NCBI GenBank assembly: GCA_963997635.1
Contig: CAXEND010000004.1
Span: 44,654 to 108,653 of the forward strand
DNA: 64,000 nt
Source: an uncultured Rhodospirillaceae bacterium
Lineage (GTDB): Bacteria; Pseudomonadota; Alphaproteobacteria; UBA828
Direction of reading: 5' to 3'
Shown: positions 37,842 through 48,809 of the stretch, piece by piece
Numbering within the stretch: position 1 is the first letter of the stretch
Layout of the letters: the number at the start of each line of letters is the position of its first letter
Translations under genes and position numbers: made by a program
The notes under the pieces: model-generated
The model's input: the letters and a program-made list of their open reading frames with translations, nothing else
The model's database searches: none
Told to the model about the DNA's origin: nothing

Positions 37842-38759
37842 ATGGAATCAATAATTGGTCAAGCCGGAAATAGTGGAGAACAAAACCTAGACCTTGTTAA
37901 GGAGAGCTCTACAGCCAACTTTGCTGACGATGTGATTCAAGCCTCAGCCGAATTACCTGTTTTAGTTGATTTTTGGGCACCCTGGTGCGGACCCTGTAAA
38001 CAATTAACTCCCGTTTTAGAAAAATTAGTAAGAGCCGCATCAGGGAAAATCCGGCTTGTAAAAATTAATATTGACGAGAATCAGGAGCTCGCCACACAGC
38101 TACAAGTGCAGTCTATTCCAATGGTTTATGCTTTTAAAGATGGCCAACCAGTGGATGGCTTCATGGGTGCACTTCCTGAAAGTCAGATTCGTGATTTTAT
38201 TGAAAAGTTGATTGGGCCAGTAGGTCCATCTCCCAGCGAGGAAGTTATGAATATGGCAAAAGAAGCATTTTCTCAAGAAGACTTTAAAACGGCAGCAAAT
38301 TTATTTTCTCAGGTAATGCAAAATAATCCGGGCGAAGCCGCAGCAATAGCTGGACTTACAAAGTGCTATATTGGTATGGGTGAAGCTGATCAAGCCCGTG
38401 AAATAATTGATTCTTTGGATGAAGAGACATCTTCTCACCCCGAGGTTTCTAGTGCCATAGCAGCTCTGAATCTAAAGGAGCAAAGTTCCAATAATAATGA
38501 TGATGTTTCCAAACTAGAAAAAGATTTAACTGATGACCCAAACAACCACCAAGCTCGCTATGATTTAGCCACAGCACTTTCTAGTTCTGGGAGTCATGAA
38601 GCAGCAATTGATCATTTAGTAGAAATAATTAAACATAATCGTAAATGGAATGAAGATCAGGCACGAGAACAACTTCTGAAAATCTTTGAGGCTCTTGGCC
38701 CAACAGACCCCATTACCGTTGCTGGTAGAAGGAAACTATCAACAGTTCTTTTTTCGTAA
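37842..38759 (+). CDS. cnoX: Thioredoxin-TPR chaperedoxin (YbbN/CnoX)
   Basis: WAPWCGPCK followed by TPR domain ending GRRKLSTVLFS. Confidence 0.9.
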   Translation: MESIIGQAGNSGEQNLDLVKESSTANFADDVIQASAELPVLVDFWAPWCGPCKQLTPVLEKLVRAASGKIRLVKINIDENQELATQLQVQSIPMVYAFKDGQPVDGFMGALPESQIRDFIEKLIGPVGPSPSEEVMNMAKEAFSQEDFKTAANLFSQVMQNNPGEAAAIAGLTKCYIGMGEADQAREIIDSLDEETSSHPEVSSAIAALNLKEQSSNNNDDVSKLEKDLTDDPNNHQARYDLATALSSSGSHEAAIDHLVEIIKHNRKWNEDQAREQLLKIFEALGPTDPITVAGRRKLSTVLFS

Positions 38760-38782
38760 ATATATTAGGAGATAAAGTTACC

Positions 38783-39433
38783 TTGAATAACTTATCACTT
38801 GAAGATTTTCCCTCAGTGCTACCTATATTTCCTTTATCTGGTGTACTTCTTCTGCCTCATGGGAAATTACCACTAAATATTTTTGAACCTCGCTATCTTC
38901 AGATGATAGAGGACTCCATGTCTTCACATAGAATGATTGGAATGGTTCAACCTATTAATTCTAAAGATATTGATCATATTCCAAGAACATATCCAACAGG
39001 ATGTCTTGGTAAAATAACTAGCTTTTCTGAAGTTGAAGATAATCGTTACTACATAACACTTACTGGAATAGTTCGTTTCAAAATCATTAATGAAATGCCA
39101 TTTAGAGACCTTCTTTATCGCCAAGTAAATGTAAGTTACACTGATTTTCAAAGTGATTTACTTAAGCCTTCAGAGATCGGACTTAACCGTGAGATTTTAC
39201 TCCCTGCATTGAAAAATTTCTTTAAAATGAGAGGCCTATCGGCAAATTGGGATGTTATCAATCAATCAAATGATTCAGAACTACTGGTCAGCCTTGCAAT
39301 GATTTGCCCTTTCTCATCAACTGAAAAGCAGGCATTATTGGAATGTTCAAATTCTGAGACAAGATCTGAGATGCTCCTTACTTTGATTGAAATGGCACAG
39401 CATGAAACAAGATCTAAAAAAGGGCTTCACTAA
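38783..39433 (+). CDS. LON peptidase N-terminal substrate-binding domain protein
   Basis: LPIFPL, LPLNIFEPRY, EKQALLE. Confidence 0.9.
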   Translation: MNNLSLEDFPSVLPIFPLSGVLLLPHGKLPLNIFEPRYLQMIEDSMSSHRMIGMVQPINSKDIDHIPRTYPTGCLGKITSFSEVEDNRYYITLTGIVRFKIINEMPFRDLLYRQVNVSYTDFQSDLLKPSEIGLNREILLPALKNFFKMRGLSANWDVINQSNDSELLVSLAMICPFSSTEKQALLECSNSETRSEMLLTLIEMAQHETRSKKGLH

Positions 39434-39489
39434 ATTAACCATAGATCAAATAAACTAATGTGTGATTGGTTTTTAAAATAGGAGACACA

Positions 39490-39678
39490 ATGAATAGTAA
39501 TTCAATAGACTCAAAGTTACTAGAAGTTTTAGTTTGTCCACTTTCAAAAGGTCCTTTAGTCTATGACACGAAAATGCAAGAGCTTATTAGTGAGAGTGCT
39601 GGTCTTGCCTATCCAGTAAGAGATGGTATACCAATTATGTTGGTAGAAGAAGCGCGCAAACTTGAAAATAATAAATAA
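39490..39678 (+). CDS. Trm112/YcaR-family protein
   Basis: [31 protein letters not shown]. Confidence 0.9.
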   Translation: MNSNSIDSKLLEVLVCPLSKGPLVYDTKMQELISESAGLAYPVRDGIPIMLVEEARKLENNK

Positions 39679-39683
39679 TAAAA

Positions 39684-40064
39684 ATGGATAAATCTTTATC
39701 ACCATTCAAAACACAATCTTGGCCCACAGAAATTAGATATAAGAAAAAACTCAATACTCTTGAAATTGATTTTGATGACGGTGTTTCATATTCTTATTCA
39801 GCAGAATTACTAAGAGTTGAGTCCCCTAGTGCAGAGATTCGTGGCCACGATGGAGAAAAAAAAATCATAGGTGGATGTATAAATGTATCAATAAAAGACA
39901 TCCAATCTGTAGGAAATTATGCAATCCGTCTAGTTTTCAATGATGGACACGACACAGGTATATTTTCGTGGAGCTACTTGCGTTATTTAGGCGATAATCG
40001 TGATAAAATCTGGGCAAAATATTTGAACGAGCTAGAAAAGAATGGTCAAAGCAGAGATCTATAG
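39684..40064 (+). CDS. DUF971 / gamma-butyrobetaine-hydroxylase-N-like protein
   Basis: ELLRVESPSAE, VGNYAIRLVFNDGHDTGIFSW. Confidence 0.88.
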   Translation: MDKSLSPFKTQSWPTEIRYKKKLNTLEIDFDDGVSYSYSAELLRVESPSAEIRGHDGEKKIIGGCINVSIKDIQSVGNYAIRLVFNDGHDTGIFSWSYLRYLGDNRDKIWAKYLNELEKNGQSRDL

Positions 40065-40103
40065 CTGAATATAATTCAGTTATAAAATAGTGAGTTAAAT
40101 TAA

Positions 40104-40562
40104 TTATCTCCGCTGTGATTTTTCATAATATTGCTGATGGTATTCTTCTGCAGGCCAGAATGTCTCCATTGATACTATTTCAGTTACAACTTCACTTGTA
40201 AAAATACCTGAATCTTGGACATTTACCATACTTTCATGGGCAATCTCTTTTTCCTCATCTGTTTGATAAAAAATTACTGAACGGTATTGGCTACCGATGT
40301 CTAATCCTTGTCTATTAAGTTGTGTTGGATCGTGCATTTTCCAAAATTCAACGAGTAAACTCTCAAAATTTACTAGTTTAGGGTCATAAGTTATTTGAAC
40401 AACCTCAGCATGACCAGTTTTGTCAGAACACACTTGTTCATAGGTTGGGTTGTCAGTAGCACCCCCCATATATCCAACTTTTGTTTTAATTACACCTTCA
40501 ATTTGGCGAAAAAGAAACTCAGGTTTCCAAAAACACCCTGCTCCAAAAGTTGCTATAGCCAT
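40104..40562 (-). CDS. msrA: Peptide-methionine (S)-S-oxide reductase
   Basis: [33 protein letters not shown]. Confidence 0.95.
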   Translation of the reverse strand: MAIATFGAGCFWKPEFLFRQIEGVIKTKVGYMGGATDNPTYEQVCSDKTGHAEVVQITYDPKLVNFESLLVEFWKMHDPTQLNRQGLDIGSQYRSVIFYQTDEEKEIAHESMVNVQDSGIFTSEVVTEIVSMETFWPAEEYHQQYYEKSQRR

Positions 40563-40604
40563 CCAATCTCTCTTTCTCTGTGTGATAACTTTGTTGATTA
40601 CATA

Positions 40605-41834
40605 TTAAATTTGTTCCCCACGAACTAATCTTGGAAGATCACCCACAAGGCCCATTGCATGCCGCATAAAAAAACGTTTGATTGGAGGAGCTTGGTTTAC
40701 AGCACTAAGGCCCATTCCTCGAACAACCTGCAACGCACCACTATGGTTTGAAAAAAGATGATTAAGTCCATGTGTTACAGCTATCATCATTACTGAGTCA
40801 AAACGTCGATAGCTTTGATATTTCTTTAATAATTCATCATTACCCAAATCCAATCCTAAGCGACAGTTTTCAACAATAAATTCAGCAAGTATAGCACAAT
40901 CGCGAATTCCAAGATTGAATCCTTGTCCTGCAATAGGGTGAATACTATGGGCGGCATCACCAATTAAGGCAAGTCGCCTTGAAACGTAATTATTTGCATG
41001 ACATAAAGATAGGGGATAACTCCAACGTGATCCCACTAGATCTATCCTCCCAAGAAAATTGCCAAACCTTTCTCTAAGCTCATTCATAAAATCTTGAGGT
41101 TTTAGATTTAATATTTTTGGAGCAATAGAATTCTTTTCAGTCCAAACAATGGAGGAGCAGTTATTTGCTAAGGGCAAAATAGCAAATGGACCCGAAGGTA
41201 AAAATCTTTCATGAGCAATTCCTTGATGTGAGTATTCATGTTTTACAGTACAAACTATCCCTGTCTGTTTATATGGTATCTCGGTAACTTTTATAGCAGC
41301 CTGTTGTCTCATAAATGAATTGCGCCCATCTGCTGCAACAGCCAAGGATGATTCTATCTTGTCCCCATTAGAAAGATTAAAAATTACAAAATTATTTCTA
41401 AAATCAACAGATTTTACTGAGATTGGTACATATTGTTTTATATTGGGATATTCTTTGATTTTTTGCAGTAAACTTTGCCTTAACGAACGATTTTCAACCA
41501 TCCAACCTAAGGGGTCATCACCGACATCAAGATGGTCATAATGCAGAAAAAAAGGAGAGTTGCCATCAGAAACTCTAATTTGCAAAATTGGTTGTGCCTG
41601 TGATTTTATATTAGACCAAACACCAATTGTATCTAGTAAGTTTTTGGAACCTAACGCAATCGAGGAGGCTCTTCCATCAAACTCTTTGCTTAAGTAATTA
41701 TCAAGAGGTATTGAGTCAATAATTGCAGTTTCTACACCATATTGGCCTAATGCAACACCAAGTGTGAGGCCAACTAAACCGCCACCACATATTACTACAT
41801 CAAATCTTTTGTTCATATTATATAACTCAAACAT
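40605..41834 (-). CDS. UbiH/UbiL-family FAD-dependent ubiquinone hydroxylase
   Basis: GGGLVG, ADG, GDAAHSIHPIAGQGFNLG. Confidence 0.9.
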   Translation of the reverse strand: MFELYNMNKRFDVVICGGGLVGLTLGVALGQYGVETAIIDSIPLDNYLSKEFDGRASSIALGSKNLLDTIGVWSNIKSQAQPILQIRVSDGNSPFFLHYDHLDVGDDPLGWMVENRSLRQSLLQKIKEYPNIKQYVPISVKSVDFRNNFVIFNLSNGDKIESSLAVAADGRNSFMRQQAAIKVTEIPYKQTGIVCTVKHEYSHQGIAHERFLPSGPFAILPLANNCSSIVWTEKNSIAPKILNLKPQDFMNELRERFGNFLGRIDLVGSRWSYPLSLCHANNYVSRRLALIGDAAHSIHPIAGQGFNLGIRDCAILAEFIVENCRLGLDLGNDELLKKYQSYRRFDSVMMIAVTHGLNHLFSNHSGALQVVRGMGLSAVNQAPPIKRFFMRHAMGLVGDLPRLVRGEQI

Positions 41835-41895
41835 TTATTAAAGATAAAATGATTTATAAATAGGTATCATAACTAAATTACAATAGGTAAATTTT

Positions 41896-43275
41896 ATGAA
41901 TGAAAATTGGCACATGACAAGCGCCATAGAATTAGGCTTAGCGATAGAAAAGGGATATATAGACCCTCGCGAACTTACAGAATATTTTCTTGACCGTATA
42001 AGTAAATTAGATCCACATAATAAGATCTATTTACGTACAACTACAGATCGAGCGAGAACGGCAGCAAGATCTGCCTTCTCTAGATCAAAATCAGGTCTTA
42101 GACTCTCAATACTAGATGGGGTTCCCATTTCATGGAAAGATCTTTTTGATACTAATGGAGATATTACAAGTCATGGATCACCTATATTAATAAATCGTAT
42201 AGCAAAACAAGATGCAATTGTAGTTGAAAGAGCTGAGCTTGCTGGTTTGGTTTGTTTAGGTAAAACAAACCAAACAGAATATGCCTTTTCTATTTTGGGA
42301 TTAAACCCCCACTTTGGAACACCTTCAAATCCATTTGATAATGTAACAGAACGTTTGCCTGGGGGCTCAACATCAGGTGGAGCTGTTTCAGTATCATCAG
42401 GATTAGCTGCAGCCGCTATTGGATCTGATACTGGAGGGTCTGTGAGAGTTCCTTCTGCATGGAATGGTCTTGTGGGTTTGAAAACAAGCTTTGGCAGACT
42501 TCCATTACAAGGTGTTTTACCTTTATCTACAAGCTTAGATACAGTTGGGCCATTAACCCGCAATGTAGATGATGCAGCTGCAATATTTAGTATTTTAGAT
42601 GGAAAATCGAGTACAAATGTTAAACCTTGGATTAACATTTTTGGTATTTCACCAAAATTAATTCAATTAGTTTGTCCTAAAGGTTTTGTATGGGAAAAAT
42701 TAACCCCAGATATTGAGTCCGTTACTATAAATGCTATTGAGAAAATTTCTTCTTCTGGAGTAACAATCACTACTAAAGAAGTCAAAGAGCTATCAGAGGT
42801 AGATTCCCTCATAAATCATTTTGGTCCATACCACGCTTCAGAGTGTCATGCTATATGGGGTTCGCAAATTGAAAATAATCCCAACCTAGTTTACCCACCA
42901 ATCTTAGAACGTATACGTCTAGGTGGAAAAATGACAGCTAGCTCAGTAGAACAAATAAAAAATAAGCTCCAAATAGCTACCAATTCATTACATGGATGGA
43001 TGAAAGAACATGGTATTCTTGTATGTCCTACAGTCCCTATAACCCCGCCAAGTATAAAAGAGGTTGAAAAAAACTTCGAATTTTGGAAAAAAACAAATAG
43101 TGAAGTATTGAGAAATACTAGACTTGGTAATTTTCTAAATTGTTGTGCCATTACTTTGCCATGTGGAAAAGATAATAATGGTATTCCGATTGGCTTAATG
43201 CTTATGGCTCCTTGGGGTGATGATGAACTTCTTTTAGAGGTTGCAGCAACAATTGAAAAAATTCTTAATTCTTAA
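41896..43275 (+). CDS. Amidase signature family protein
   Basis: KDL, PGGSTSG, GSDTGGSVRVP. Confidence 0.9.
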   Translation: MNENWHMTSAIELGLAIEKGYIDPRELTEYFLDRISKLDPHNKIYLRTTTDRARTAARSAFSRSKSGLRLSILDGVPISWKDLFDTNGDITSHGSPILINRIAKQDAIVVERAELAGLVCLGKTNQTEYAFSILGLNPHFGTPSNPFDNVTERLPGGSTSGGAVSVSSGLAAAAIGSDTGGSVRVPSAWNGLVGLKTSFGRLPLQGVLPLSTSLDTVGPLTRNVDDAAAIFSILDGKSSTNVKPWINIFGISPKLIQLVCPKGFVWEKLTPDIESVTINAIEKISSSGVTITTKEVKELSEVDSLINHFGPYHASECHAIWGSQIENNPNLVYPPILERIRLGGKMTASSVEQIKNKLQIATNSLHGWMKEHGILVCPTVPITPPSIKEVEKNFEFWKKTNSEVLRNTRLGNFLNCCAITLPCGKDNNGIPIGLMLMAPWGDDELLLEVAATIEKILNS

Positions 43276-43439
43276 AAGTAATAGTTTTATTTTTAATTAT
43301 CAAAACCAACACTATCTTGATTAACCAATATTTTTAACTGCTAAACTTTGACCATATTGGGAGGATATTAAATATGCCGATACTATGAGACAAACTTCAA
43401 GTTTTGAAGATCAACACAAAATTGGTATAAATATATTTG

Positions 43440-45890
43440 ATGGCTATGAAAAACAAAAATAATAATCGTGCACCTTTTTTGCCCCAGGCAATGAGTCGTT
43501 TCATAAAAAACAGAGCTATCGAGCTCTGGGGCCTTACTTTTGTTATAATAGCTATACTTGTATGTATTTCTCTAGCTTCATTTAGCCAAAATGACACATC
43601 ATTTAATTCTACTGGTTTTGGGCCTACAGAAAATTTACTTGGTCAACCAGGCGCATATCTTGCTGACCTATTGTTACAAGGTTTTGGTTTAGGATCATGT
43701 CTACTGATACTAGTTTTTTTAGCTTGGGGCTGGGTGTTTATTACACATCAAAGATTTAAATTGATTTGGCTTAGAATAACTCTGACACCCATAGTGTTAA
43801 TTTGTTTTGCTGTTGGGCTTTCAAGTTCAGGAGAACCTATTATTTGGCCTACAAATTCTGGGCTTGGAGGAGTTGGGGGGTTTGTGATTTCCAATCAATT
43901 GCAAAACCTCATTGGAAATTCTCTTGGTGCTCTTATCGGCCTTAGTTCTGTTTCCTTCATTCTAGGTTGTTTAACTTTTGTGGGGTCAAGTGGATTAAAA
44001 CGTAAAGAATGGCTATTACTTTTTAAAATGTTATGGAATTTTATAAAGTTTATAGGAAAAATAAATCGTAAATTAGTGGGATGGTTATTCATTAACAATT
44101 TAAAACTTGAAACAGATAAAAATAATGAGCTTAAGTCAGGTGATCCAGATCTTAATCAAAATACCAATAAAACAAACAAATTTTCTTTTTGGAAATATTT
44201 TATAGCTAGTTCTTCAAGTAATTTTAAGACCGAGCCTAAACTTTATAAAAATAGTTTAGATCCTAATCGAGAAACGAAATCTATTTCCTCAAACAATAAT
44301 GGGATAGTTAAGCAAAAAGTGAAGTCCCCAAAACCCAGTAACCGTGGAATTCGTGAAGGGCAAAGAACACTTGATTTGACAGCTGGCGCTGAGTATGAGC
44401 TTCCAGCTCTATCTTTATTAGCAGAATCAAAACAAAAGAAATTAACTAAATTATATTCAGAAGAATCCTTAGAACAAAATGCTAAACTTTTATTATCAGT
44501 ATTAGATGATTTTGGCGTATATGGTGAAATACAGAAGGTACATCCAGGGCCGGTAGTTACACTATATGAGTTTGTACCTCAAGCAGGCACCCGCACCTCA
44601 AGGGTTATTGGCTTAGCAGATGACATAGCGAGATCAATGAGTGCAATTTCTGTCAGGGTTGCAACAATACCTGGAAAAAATGTCATAGGTATCGAACTCC
44701 CTAATTCAGAAAGAGAAGGTGTTTTGCTTCGTGAATTACTCGGTAGCGAAGCATATGAAAACACTTCTGCTAAATTAGCCCTAGCTCTAGGAAAAACAAT
44801 ATCTGGAGAACCATTGATAGCTGACTTAGCTAGAATGCCACATCTCTTAGTTGCAGGCACCACTGGTTCTGGTAAATCAGTGGCTGTAAATAGTATGATT
44901 CTCTCTTTACTATACAGACTATCTCCTGAGCAATGTCGATTAATATTAATTGACCCAAAAATGTTAGAACTATCTGTTTATGATGACATACCTCATCTTT
45001 TAACCCCAGTAGTAACTGACCCAAGTAAAGCAGTAGTTGCCCTTAAATGGGTAGTAAGAGAGATGGAAAATAGATATCAAGCAATGTCTAAGCTAGGTGT
45101 AAGGAATATTACTGGCTACAACAAACGCCTAGCTGATGCTCGCAAAAAAGAAGAAACCTTGAGTCGTCGTGTTCAAGTAGGACTTGATAGTGAAACAGGC
45201 CAGCCATTATACGAGGAACAAGGGCTAGATTTGTGTCCTATGCCATATATTGTTGTAGTAGTAGATGAAATGGCAGATTTAATGCTCGTTGCAGGTAAAG
45301 ATATTGAAGGAGCAGTGCAAAGGCTTGCACAAATGGCACGGGCAGCAGGTATTCATTTGATTATGGCAACACAACGCCCTTCAGTAGATGTCATCACAGG
45401 CACAATTAAAGCTAACTTTCCTTCGAGAATAAGCTTTCAAGTCACATCTAAAATTGATAGTCGAACTATTTTAGGCGAAGCAGGTGCTGAGCAGCTTCTT
45501 GGCCAAGGTGATATGTTACTTCTTGAAGGTGGAGGTCGCTTAACTAGGGTTCATGGACCCCTTGTAACTGATAATGAAGTTGAAAAGGTAATAAAATCCC
45601 TTAGAGCACAAGGAGTAGCTGATTACAAATCAGAGGTTATAGAAGAAGTTAATACTGGCGAAACTCTTTTAGCAGAAAATACTAATGATGATCCATTATA
45701 TGATCAAGCCGTTGCATTAGTTGCAAGAGAACGCAAGGCATCTACTAGTTTTGTTCAACGTCACCTTCAGATCGGATATAATCGTGCTGCCCGAATTGTT
45801 GAACAAATGGAGTCTGAAGGTATTATTAGTCAAGCAAATCACGTAGGCAAACGGGAAGTGCTGATTAGTGATTATTCAGGAAACAATTGA
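43440..45890 (+). CDS. ftsK: DNA translocase FtsK
   Basis: N-terminal 4TM, GTTGSGKS, VVDEMADLM, TQRPSVDVITG, gamma domain GYNRAAR. Confidence 0.97.
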   Translation: MAMKNKNNNRAPFLPQAMSRFIKNRAIELWGLTFVIIAILVCISLASFSQNDTSFNSTGFGPTENLLGQPGAYLADLLLQGFGLGSCLLILVFLAWGWVFITHQRFKLIWLRITLTPIVLICFAVGLSSSGEPIIWPTNSGLGGVGGFVISNQLQNLIGNSLGALIGLSSVSFILGCLTFVGSSGLKRKEWLLLFKMLWNFIKFIGKINRKLVGWLFINNLKLETDKNNELKSGDPDLNQNTNKTNKFSFWKYFIASSSSNFKTEPKLYKNSLDPNRETKSISSNNNGIVKQKVKSPKPSNRGIREGQRTLDLTAGAEYELPALSLLAESKQKKLTKLYSEESLEQNAKLLLSVLDDFGVYGEIQKVHPGPVVTLYEFVPQAGTRTSRVIGLADDIARSMSAISVRVATIPGKNVIGIELPNSEREGVLLRELLGSEAYENTSAKLALALGKTISGEPLIADLARMPHLLVAGTTGSGKSVAVNSMILSLLYRLSPEQCRLILIDPKMLELSVYDDIPHLLTPVVTDPSKAVVALKWVVREMENRYQAMSKLGVRNITGYNKRLADARKKEETLSRRVQVGLDSETGQPLYEEQGLDLCPMPYIVVVVDEMADLMLVAGKDIEGAVQRLAQMARAAGIHLIMATQRPSVDVITGTIKANFPSRISFQVTSKIDSRTILGEAGAEQLLGQGDMLLLEGGGRLTRVHGPLVTDNEVEKVIKSLRAQGVADYKSEVIEEVNTGETLLAENTNDDPLYDQAVALVARERKASTSFVQRHLQIGYNRAARIVEQMESEGIISQANHVGKREVLISDYSGNN

Positions 45891-45930
45891 AAATGATATT
45901 TGAATACATTTAAGCTAATGGAAAAATATT

Positions 45931-46614
45931 TTGTATTTTCTAATACGTAAAAAATCAAAAAATAAAAAGAGCGTATATGGATATTTCTTACATGCTTCTT
46001 TGATAATTATCATGCCAATGTGCATCTTGTTTGATGTAAGTGCACAAGAAGTAGAATCATTTGAGGACGATCATAAAAATATAGCAAAAATAAAAAATAT
46101 TGAAGACTATATGAATAGTATTAAAACTCTAAAAGCTAGGTTTTTGCAGATTTCTTCAGAAGGAGAGTTTTCTGAAGGAACTTTTTATCTCAAACGTCCA
46201 GGGAAAATTCGAGTTGAATATGATCCTCCTTCACCAATTCTTATAGTTGGTGATGGATTTTTGCTTCATTATCATGATAGGGAGCTTGGGCAAATAAACG
46301 ATTGGCCCATATTTGATACTCCTCTTGGAGCCTTAAGCGATGATTACATTAAATTGAACGATCAACTGTTAATAACCAGTTTTAAGTATACCCCCGGCGT
46401 TATTAAATTACGTCTAGTACAACGAGATGATCCTGAAATTGGTGGAATTACATTAGTTTTCACTGAGTCACCTCTAGCTTTAAGGCAGTGGGAAATAGAT
46501 GATTCTCAAGGTCTTACGACGCAGATAGATTTATTTGATATAAGTACAAATCTAAAATTAGATCCAAGGCTTTTTATATTTGATGACCCAAGAAAAGAAA
46601 CAAATATACGTTGA
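45931..46614 (+). CDS. lolA: Outer-membrane lipoprotein carrier LolA
   Basis: ARFLQ, RPGKIRVEYDPP, LRQW; follows ftsK; start uncertain. Confidence 0.85.
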   Translation: MYFLIRKKSKNKKSVYGYFLHASLIIIMPMCILFDVSAQEVESFEDDHKNIAKIKNIEDYMNSIKTLKARFLQISSEGEFSEGTFYLKRPGKIRVEYDPPSPILIVGDGFLLHYHDRELGQINDWPIFDTPLGALSDDYIKLNDQLLITSFKYTPGVIKLRLVQRDDPEIGGITLVFTESPLALRQWEIDDSQGLTTQIDLFDISTNLKLDPRLFIFDDPRKETNIR

Positions 46615-46731
46615 TTCATAACATAACCCTATTTGGAATTTATGCGAATATCCTATTTATGTGAGTGTTTTAGTAGATAAAAGATTTTTCACTAAAAATT
46701 GAAGGTAAAATTCTGTAAAGATAAGAAATTA

Positions 46732-47496
46732 ATGAGAATAAATAAAACACACAGGCCAATAATTGGCTTACCAGCATGTATAAAAAATCTTGATGACCAG
46801 CGTTTTCATGCTGTTGGTGAAAAATATCTGACCAGTATTGTTGATGGCATGGGTGGTATACCCATAATTTTTCCTGCTTTGGGAAATTCTATTGAAACAA
46901 GTAGACTCCTTCAATCGGTAGATGGCTTGTTATTCACAGGAAGTATAAGCAACGTTCACCCATCAAATTTCAAAAAACCTATTTATTCAAAAAAACTTCT
47001 TACCGACACTGACAGGGATGCAACTACTTTGCCGTTAATTAAATCAGCAATATTAATGAAAATACCTATTTTATGTATATGCAGAGGAATGCAAGAACTA
47101 AACGTAGCTTTTGGCGGTACCCTTTTCCAACATTTACCACATGTTCTTGGAAGAATGGAGCATGATGTTGATCGCTCCCTTACTATTTCTGACCAATATT
47201 TACCTCGCCATCCAGTTTATCTGGAGCCTGACGGTTTATTATCAAAATTGCATCAATCAAGTAGTAATCCTATGGTTAATTCATTACATAGCCAAGGTGT
47301 AGATAAGTTGGGTGATGGTTTAAAGGTTGAAGCTATTGCCCCTGATGGACAAGTTGAAGCTATCACTTATACAAAATCTGATACATTTGCGCTTGGAGTG
47401 CAATGGCATCCAGAATGGGAGGTAAAAAAGAATCCATTTTATTTGTCTATTTTCAATAGTTTTTTGAAAAACATAAAAGCACAAAAATTATATTAG
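46732..47496 (+). CDS. puuD: Gamma-glutamyl-gamma-aminobutyrate hydrolase family (peptidase C26)
   Basis: ICRGMQELNVAFGG, VNSLHSQG, GVQWHPE; ORF track opens at 46699. Confidence 0.85.
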   Translation: MRINKTHRPIIGLPACIKNLDDQRFHAVGEKYLTSIVDGMGGIPIIFPALGNSIETSRLLQSVDGLLFTGSISNVHPSNFKKPIYSKKLLTDTDRDATTLPLIKSAILMKIPILCICRGMQELNVAFGGTLFQHLPHVLGRMEHDVDRSLTISDQYLPRHPVYLEPDGLLSKLHQSSSNPMVNSLHSQGVDKLGDGLKVEAIAPDGQVEAITYTKSDTFALGVQWHPEWEVKKNPFYLSIFNSFLKNIKAQKLY

Positions 47497-47545
47497 AATT
47501 AGGTTCACTTTTTAATTTATAATTTAATAAAACTAAAAGGTTATA

Positions 47546-48343
47546 ATGCGTGTTGCTTCTTGGAATATAAACTCTGTTCGAATGCGTATTGATCTAGTTA
47601 AAAAGTTTATAGATCAATATAATCCAGATATTCTTTGTCTACAGGAAATAAAAGTCGAAAGTAATTTATTTCCTTTATCTACTTTCAAAAAAATGGGCTT
47701 TGAATATAACGAAATTTTTGGTCAGAAAGGCTATCACGGTGTTTCGACACATTCTAAATTTCCTATTATTTACTCCAACAAGAATTATTGGTGCAATATA
47801 GAAGAAAGCCGTCATCTTCATATACAATTATCTAATGGCATAGATATACATAATTTTTATGTTCCTGCAGGTGGAGATAAACCAGATCCACAAAAAAATA
47901 AAAAATTTGCACAAAAACTTGAATTTCTTAGAGAAATGGAAAGATGGTCAAAAACAATAGACATCTCGCAAGCTACAATTCTTCTTGGAGATCTTAATGT
48001 TGCACCCCTGCAAACCGACGTCTGGTCACACAAGCAACTTCTTAAGGTAGTATCCCACACACCAATTGAGGTAGACCTTTTTTCTAAAGTTAAGAATGTA
48101 TGTTGGGTAGATGCAATTCGTGAGATAATACCCGAAGATGAAAAATTATTTTCTTGGTGGAGTTACAGATCACCAAATTGGGAAGCAGCCAATAAAGGTC
48201 GAAGATTAGATCATTTGTGGATAACTCAGCCTCTTGTTAAATCTCTTGTAGATGCAATTATTATAAGATCTATTCGTGGATGGGAAAGACCTTCAGATCA
48301 TGTCCCAATTATAGCTGATTTTAATTGGCCTAGGTCTTTATAG
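47546..48343 (+). CDS. xth: Exodeoxyribonuclease III
   Basis: SWNINSVR, CLQE, GDLNVAP, RRLDH, SDHVP. Confidence 0.95.
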   Translation: MRVASWNINSVRMRIDLVKKFIDQYNPDILCLQEIKVESNLFPLSTFKKMGFEYNEIFGQKGYHGVSTHSKFPIIYSNKNYWCNIEESRHLHIQLSNGIDIHNFYVPAGGDKPDPQKNKKFAQKLEFLREMERWSKTIDISQATILLGDLNVAPLQTDVWSHKQLLKVVSHTPIEVDLFSKVKNVCWVDAIREIIPEDEKLFSWWSYRSPNWEAANKGRRLDHLWITQPLVKSLVDAIIIRSIRGWERPSDHVPIIADFNWPRSL

Positions 48344-48782
48344 TTAATTCTTGCAGCCTTCGGTTTGTTTTTTCAAGTCTGAATGCAAGTTCTCTCATAA
48401 CTTCTAACGCCATTTCAGGAAATTGAGTCACAAGTTGAAAAAAAATTTCCTTCGTAATTTCTAAGGTTAGAAGTTCTGTTTTTGCTCTCACAGTAGCCGT
48501 ACGAGGCACATCACACAGTATAGCTATTTCACCGACCAAATCATTTTTTTTTACTTTTGCTATCTCTATTTGGGTATCAGAGTTTGTATAAATTAACACC
48601 GATGCTTCTCCCTCAATAATGATAAATGCTGAATCTCCATAATCACCCTGAACAAAAAGATTTTCGTTCGCTTTGAATTGAAGGCGCTGACTTGTAAAAG
48701 CAATCAGTTTTAATTTCCTAGAATCAATATTTCGGAATAAAGGTATATTCCTGAGTAAATCTACATCTTGTTGAAGATCCAT
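48330..48782 (-). CDS. Stand-alone cyclic nucleotide-binding domain protein
   Basis: LFVQGD, GEIAILCDVPRTATVRA phosphate-binding cassette; no HTH. Confidence 0.9.
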   Translation of the reverse strand: MDLQQDVDLLRNIPLFRNIDSRKLKLIAFTSQRLQFKANENLFVQGDYGDSAFIIIEGEASVLIYTNSDTQIEIAKVKKNDLVGEIAILCDVPRTATVRAKTELLTLEITKEIFFQLVTQFPEMALEVMRELAFRLEKTNRRLQELTIKT

Positions 48783-48809
48783 TATCTACTCCAAGTATTC
48801 AAAAAAATT